From the NCBI GenBank assembly GCA_963756595.1, contig CAVWOZ010000032.1:32886-96885 (forward strand): a stretch of 64,000 bases of DNA, given 5' to 3'. This DNA is from an uncultured Acidobacteriota bacterium. Lineage in GTDB: Bacteria; Acidobacteriota; Thermoanaerobaculia; Multivoradales; UBA5704. The translations under genes and the position numbers were made by a program. Below are positions 60,995 to 64,000 of this stretch, piece by piece. How positions within the stretch are numbered: position 1 is the first letter of the stretch; every line of letters starts with the position of its first letter. A model generated the notes under the pieces. The model saw nothing but the letters and a program-made list of their open reading frames with translations, did no database searches and had not been told where the DNA came from.

Positions 60995-63900
60995 TTACGG
61001 CCGCGGCTGCGTGCGCACCGGCGGCGCGGGGCGGGGCGGATAGGCCTTGGGGTGCTCCTCGAGCTGCTTCATCACCTCGGCGACGCCGCGCTCGAGCTGG
61101 GGATCGCGTCCGGCCAGCACGGCGGGGACGTCGTTCTCGACCACCAAGTCGGGGTCGACGCCGTGCCCTTCGATGATCCACTTCCCTTCGAGCGAGACGG
61201 CGCCGGCCTCGGGGACGAAGATCTGGCCGCCGTCGAGCATCGGGCCGTGGTCGTTGATCCCCACCACGCCCCCCCAGGTGCGGGTGCCGATCAGGGGCCC
61301 GAGGCCGAGCTGGCGGAACATGTAGGGGAAGATGTCGCCGTCCGAGCCGGACCCTTCGTTGAGCAGGCAGGCCATGGGGCCGTAGAAGGTCTCCTGGGGG
61401 TAGGGCTGCGGGTCGGCGTTGTTGCGCCCGTAGTCGACGCCGAGCGGGTGGCGGGCGAGGCGCTCGAGGAGCATCGGCGAGATGAAGCCGCCGCCGTTGT
61501 TGCGGACGTCGACGATCAACCCCTCCTTCTTGATCTGGCCGAAGTACCACTTGACGAACTCGCGCATGCCGTCCTCCCCCATGTCGGGGATGTGGATATA
61601 GCCGATCCGGCCGCCGCTCAGCCGGGTCACCCGCTCGCGGTTGCCCTTCACCCACTCGAGGTAGATCAGGTGCTCCTCGGTGTCGATCGGCCGGAAGGTG
61701 ACCTCGCGGGCGCCGGCGAGGGTGGGCCTGGAATTCACCGTGAAGCGCACCGGGCGGTCGGCCTTGTGGCGCAGCAGGCGGTAGGGGTTGTCGTCCGCCG
61801 CCAGCTCCTCGCCGTCGATCGCCAGCACGTAGTCGCCGGGGTGGACCTCGACGCCGATCTCGGTCAGCGGCGAGCGGTAGATCTCCTCCTCGTTCTGGCC
61901 GGCGTAGAGGCTGGCGATCCGGTAGCGGCCGGCGGCGCGGTCGAGCTCGAAGCGGGCGCCGGGGAGCGCCACCCTGGGGCGGGGAGGGGCCTGGATGTCG
62001 CCCCCCGCCACGTAGGCGTGGGAGTTGTTGAGCTCGGCGATCATCTCGCCGATCACGTAGTTGACGTCCGAGCGGTGGCCGGCGTAGGCGAGCAGCGGCT
62101 CGTACTGCCGGCGCAGCGCCTCCCAGTCGTAGCCATTCATCGTCTCGACGTAGAAGAAGTCGCGATAGCGGCGCCAGGCCTCGCGGAAGACCTCCGCCCA
62201 CTCCTCGGTGGGGACGCGGTCGACCAGCAGGCTGCCCGTGTCGATCGTCTTCTTCGAATCCTTGCCGGCCGGTGTGGCGTCGTAGACGTTGAGCTGCCCG
62301 TTCTGGGCCGCCAGCACCTTGCTGCCGTCCGCGGAGAGGGCGTAGTCACCGGTCTCTTCGGCGAGGGTCGCGAGCTTGCGGTCCTTGAAGGTGAAGATCA
62401 GCAGCGAGGGCTTGAACGGCGGATTCCCCAGGGTGTTGGGCGGCCGCTTGAGGAACAGCAGCTTGCCGTCGGCGGCATTGAGCCCGCCATAGTTGCCGAA
62501 CGGGACCGGCACCCGCGCCACCCGCGAGGCGAGGCCGTCCCAGTCGATCTTCGTGGGAGCGGGTTTCGCCTTGTCCGCCTTCTTTGCGTCTTTCTTCTCC
62601 CCTTTCCCCTCGCCCTCCTTCTTCTCCTCGGCGAGGGTCACGGTGTCCTCCTCGGGGGAGAAGGGATTGCCGACGTCCTTGCGCAGGGCGAGGGCGTAGA
62701 CGCCGAAGTTGCGGTCCTCGGCGAAGTTGAGGTCGAGGGCGTCGAGCATGGGATTGAAGGAGCGGGCGGAGAGGTAGTAGAGGTAGTCCCCCTTGGGGTC
62801 CCAGGCCGGGTTGTCGGCGTGGAACTGCTCGTCGGTGATCCGCCGCAGCTTGCCGTCCGCGACGCTCCAGATCCAGAGCGAGCGGAAGCCGTTGGGGTTG
62901 GACATCGCGAAGGCCAGGTAATCGCCGCCGGGGGACCAGGCGAAGGCGCGGATCTCGCCGCGCGGGTCGCGGGCCACCTCGGCGAGCTGCTTGCCGGCGA
63001 GGGTGACCACCCAGAGGCGGCCGTCCTTGTCGGGAAAGGCGAGGCGCTGGCCGTCCGGCGACCACTCGGGGGCGTAGCGCATCGCCTTGCCGCCGGTGGT
63101 GAGCTGCTCGGGTTGGCCCACGCCCAGGGCGTCGATCACGTAGACCTCCTCCTCGCCCGTACGGTCCGAGAGGAAGGAGATGCGGCGGCCGTCCGGCGAC
63201 CAGCGGGCCCCCTTGTCGTGGGCGTTCGAGGAGCGGGTGAGGTTGCGGGTCACCCCCTTCTCGATCGGGGCATTGAAGACGTCGCCGCGCGCCACCAGGA
63301 CGGCGCGCTCCCCCTTCGGCGAGAGGGCGCCGTCCTCGATCTGGCCGGCGGCCGAGACCTGCGACGGGCGGGTGTCCAGGCCGTCGCCGGGGACGTCGAT
63401 CGCGAGGTGCCGTGCTTGGCCCGTGCGGGTGTCGAAGACGTTCAGCTCGCCGTTCAGCTCATAGACGATCTGGCCGTCCGCGTCGGCGCTCGGCCAGCGG
63501 ACGTCCCACTGCGTGCTGCGGGTGAGCTGGGCGGTGGCGCCGCTCGCCACGTCCAGGGAGTAGAGGTTGAGCGTGCCGGTGCGGTCCGAGTTGAAGAAGA
63601 TCTTGTCGCCGATCCACATCGGATCGCGCTCGGTGCGCGGGGTCTTGGTGATCTGGCGGACCTTGCGGCTCGCGAGGTCGAAGATCCAGAGGTCCTGCGC
63701 CCAGCCCCCCTCATAGCGCTTCCACGTGCGGAAGTCGCGGGCGAACGGGGTGTAGACCACCTGCTTGCCGTCCGGCGAGAGGTCGGCGCCGCCGCTCATC
63801 GGCATCGGCAGCGTCTCGGGGAGGCCGCCGGTCACCGGCACGGTGTAGATCCGGCTGTCGCCATGCTGCCAGCCGTCGCGCAGCGAGCGGAAGACGACCG

Positions 63901-64000
63901 ATTTGCCGTCCGGCGTCCAGCCGTAGACCTGATTGTCGTACCCCCAGCGCGGGGGGAGCGGGCCGCGGGCGGGGTAGAAAGTGAGCTGCTTCGGCACGCC
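60995..64000 (-). CDS. Tricorn-protease homologue (beta-propellers + PDZ + S41 peptidase); 5' end lies beyond the right window edge
   Basis: Propeller repeats, PDZ region and S41 catalytic block NEGSGSDGDIFPYMFRQLGLGPLIGTRTWGGVVGI. The listed M at 63997 aligns to about residue 110 of archaeal tricorn, so the gene is partial. Confidence 0.85.
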   Translation of the reverse strand, partial: GVPKQLTFYPARGPLPPRWGYDNQVYGWTPDGKSVVFRSLRDGWQHGDSRIYTVPVTGGLPETLPMPMSGGADLSPDGKQVVYTPFARDFRTWKRYEGGWAQDLWIFDLASRKVRQITKTPRTERDPMWIGDKIFFNSDRTGTLNLYSLDVASGATAQLTRSTQWDVRWPSADADGQIVYELNGELNVFDTRTGQARHLAIDVPGDGLDTRPSQVSAAGQIEDGALSPKGERAVLVARGDVFNAPIEKGVTRNLTRSSNAHDKGARWSPDGRRISFLSDRTGEEEVYVIDALGVGQPEQLTTGGKAMRYAPEWSPDGQRLAFPDKDGRLWVVTLAGKQLAEVARDPRGEIRAFAWSPGGDYLAFAMSNPNGFRSLWIWSVADGKLRRITDEQFHADNPAWDPKGDYLYYLSARSFNPMLDALDLNFAEDRNFGVYALALRKDVGNPFSPEEDTVTLAEEKKEGEGKGEKKDAKKADKAKPAPTKIDWDGLASRVARVPVPFGNYGGLNAADGKLLFLKRPPNTLGNPPFKPSLLIFTFKDRKLATLAEETGDYALSADGSKVLAAQNGQLNVYDATPAGKDSKKTIDTGSLLVDRVPTEEWAEVFREAWRRYRDFFYVETMNGYDWEALRRQYEPLLAYAGHRSDVNYVIGEMIAELNNSHAYVAGGDIQAPPRPRVALPGARFELDRAAGRYRIASLYAGQNEEEIYRSPLTEIGVEVHPGDYVLAIDGEELAADDNPYRLLRHKADRPVRFTVNSRPTLAGAREVTFRPIDTEEHLIYLEWVKGNRERVTRLSGGRIGYIHIPDMGEDGMREFVKWYFGQIKKEGLIVDVRNNGGGFISPMLLERLARHPLGVDYGRNNADPQPYPQETFYGPMACLLNEGSGSDGDIFPYMFRQLGLGPLIGTRTWGGVVGINDHGPMLDGGQIFVPEAGAVSLEGKWIIEGHGVDPDLVVENDVPAVLAGRDPQLERGVAEVMKQLEEHPKAYPPRPAPPVRTQPRP

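Overview
This is a high-GC (~68%) bacterial chromosomal segment, possibly from Acidobacteriota or Myxococcota (inference from the gene content). It reads as an accessory, decaying region rather than core genome. The left edge is the end of an integrated island: a partial ORF, an AlpA-like regulator and a tyrosine integrase abutting a 50-bp tRNA-Thr(CGU) 3' fragment that looks like an att site. After that come ordinary metabolic genes mixed with many gene remnants, including an aldehyde dehydrogenase with an internal deletion, a truncated isochorismatase, a frameshifted outer-membrane beta-barrel protein and a frameshifted propeller-sensor gene. There is also a LuxR response regulator with an in-frame TAG and a membrane-anchored CHAT (caspase-like) protease. 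A mid-window cluster holds cardiolipin synthase, a convergent thaumatin-like ORF, a metallophosphoesterase-NB-ARC-TPR STAND NTPase and a 5'-truncated group II intron remnant. It is followed by sbcDC. The sbcC 3' end is duplicated around a low-GC cargo gene encoding a membrane-anchored discoidin-domain protein, which is the signature of an integration hotspot. Next come a parDE-like remnant and a ~21-unit 20-bp tandem repeat array carrying a MITE-like insertion with a 9-bp TSD. An IS110-family transposase gene is disrupted by an IS4-family element with the same 9-bp TSD and the same end sequences as the MITE. Two palindromic ~185-bp direct repeats follow. A second STAND NTPase has a DUF4062 N-terminus and is split by a frameshift. 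The remainder holds a LodA/LodB-like quinoprotein oxidase pair with a ferritin-like partner and a large ELWxxDGT-repeat protein. A low-GC islet carries an unknown membrane protein and a proteasome/HslV-like Ntn-hydrolase. The window ends with a vapBC pair and a tricorn-protease homologue running off the right edge. The most plausible candidates for an undescribed system are the two effector-NB-ARC-TPR STAND loci and the low-GC membrane-protein/proteasome-like pair. None can be assigned a function from sequence alone.
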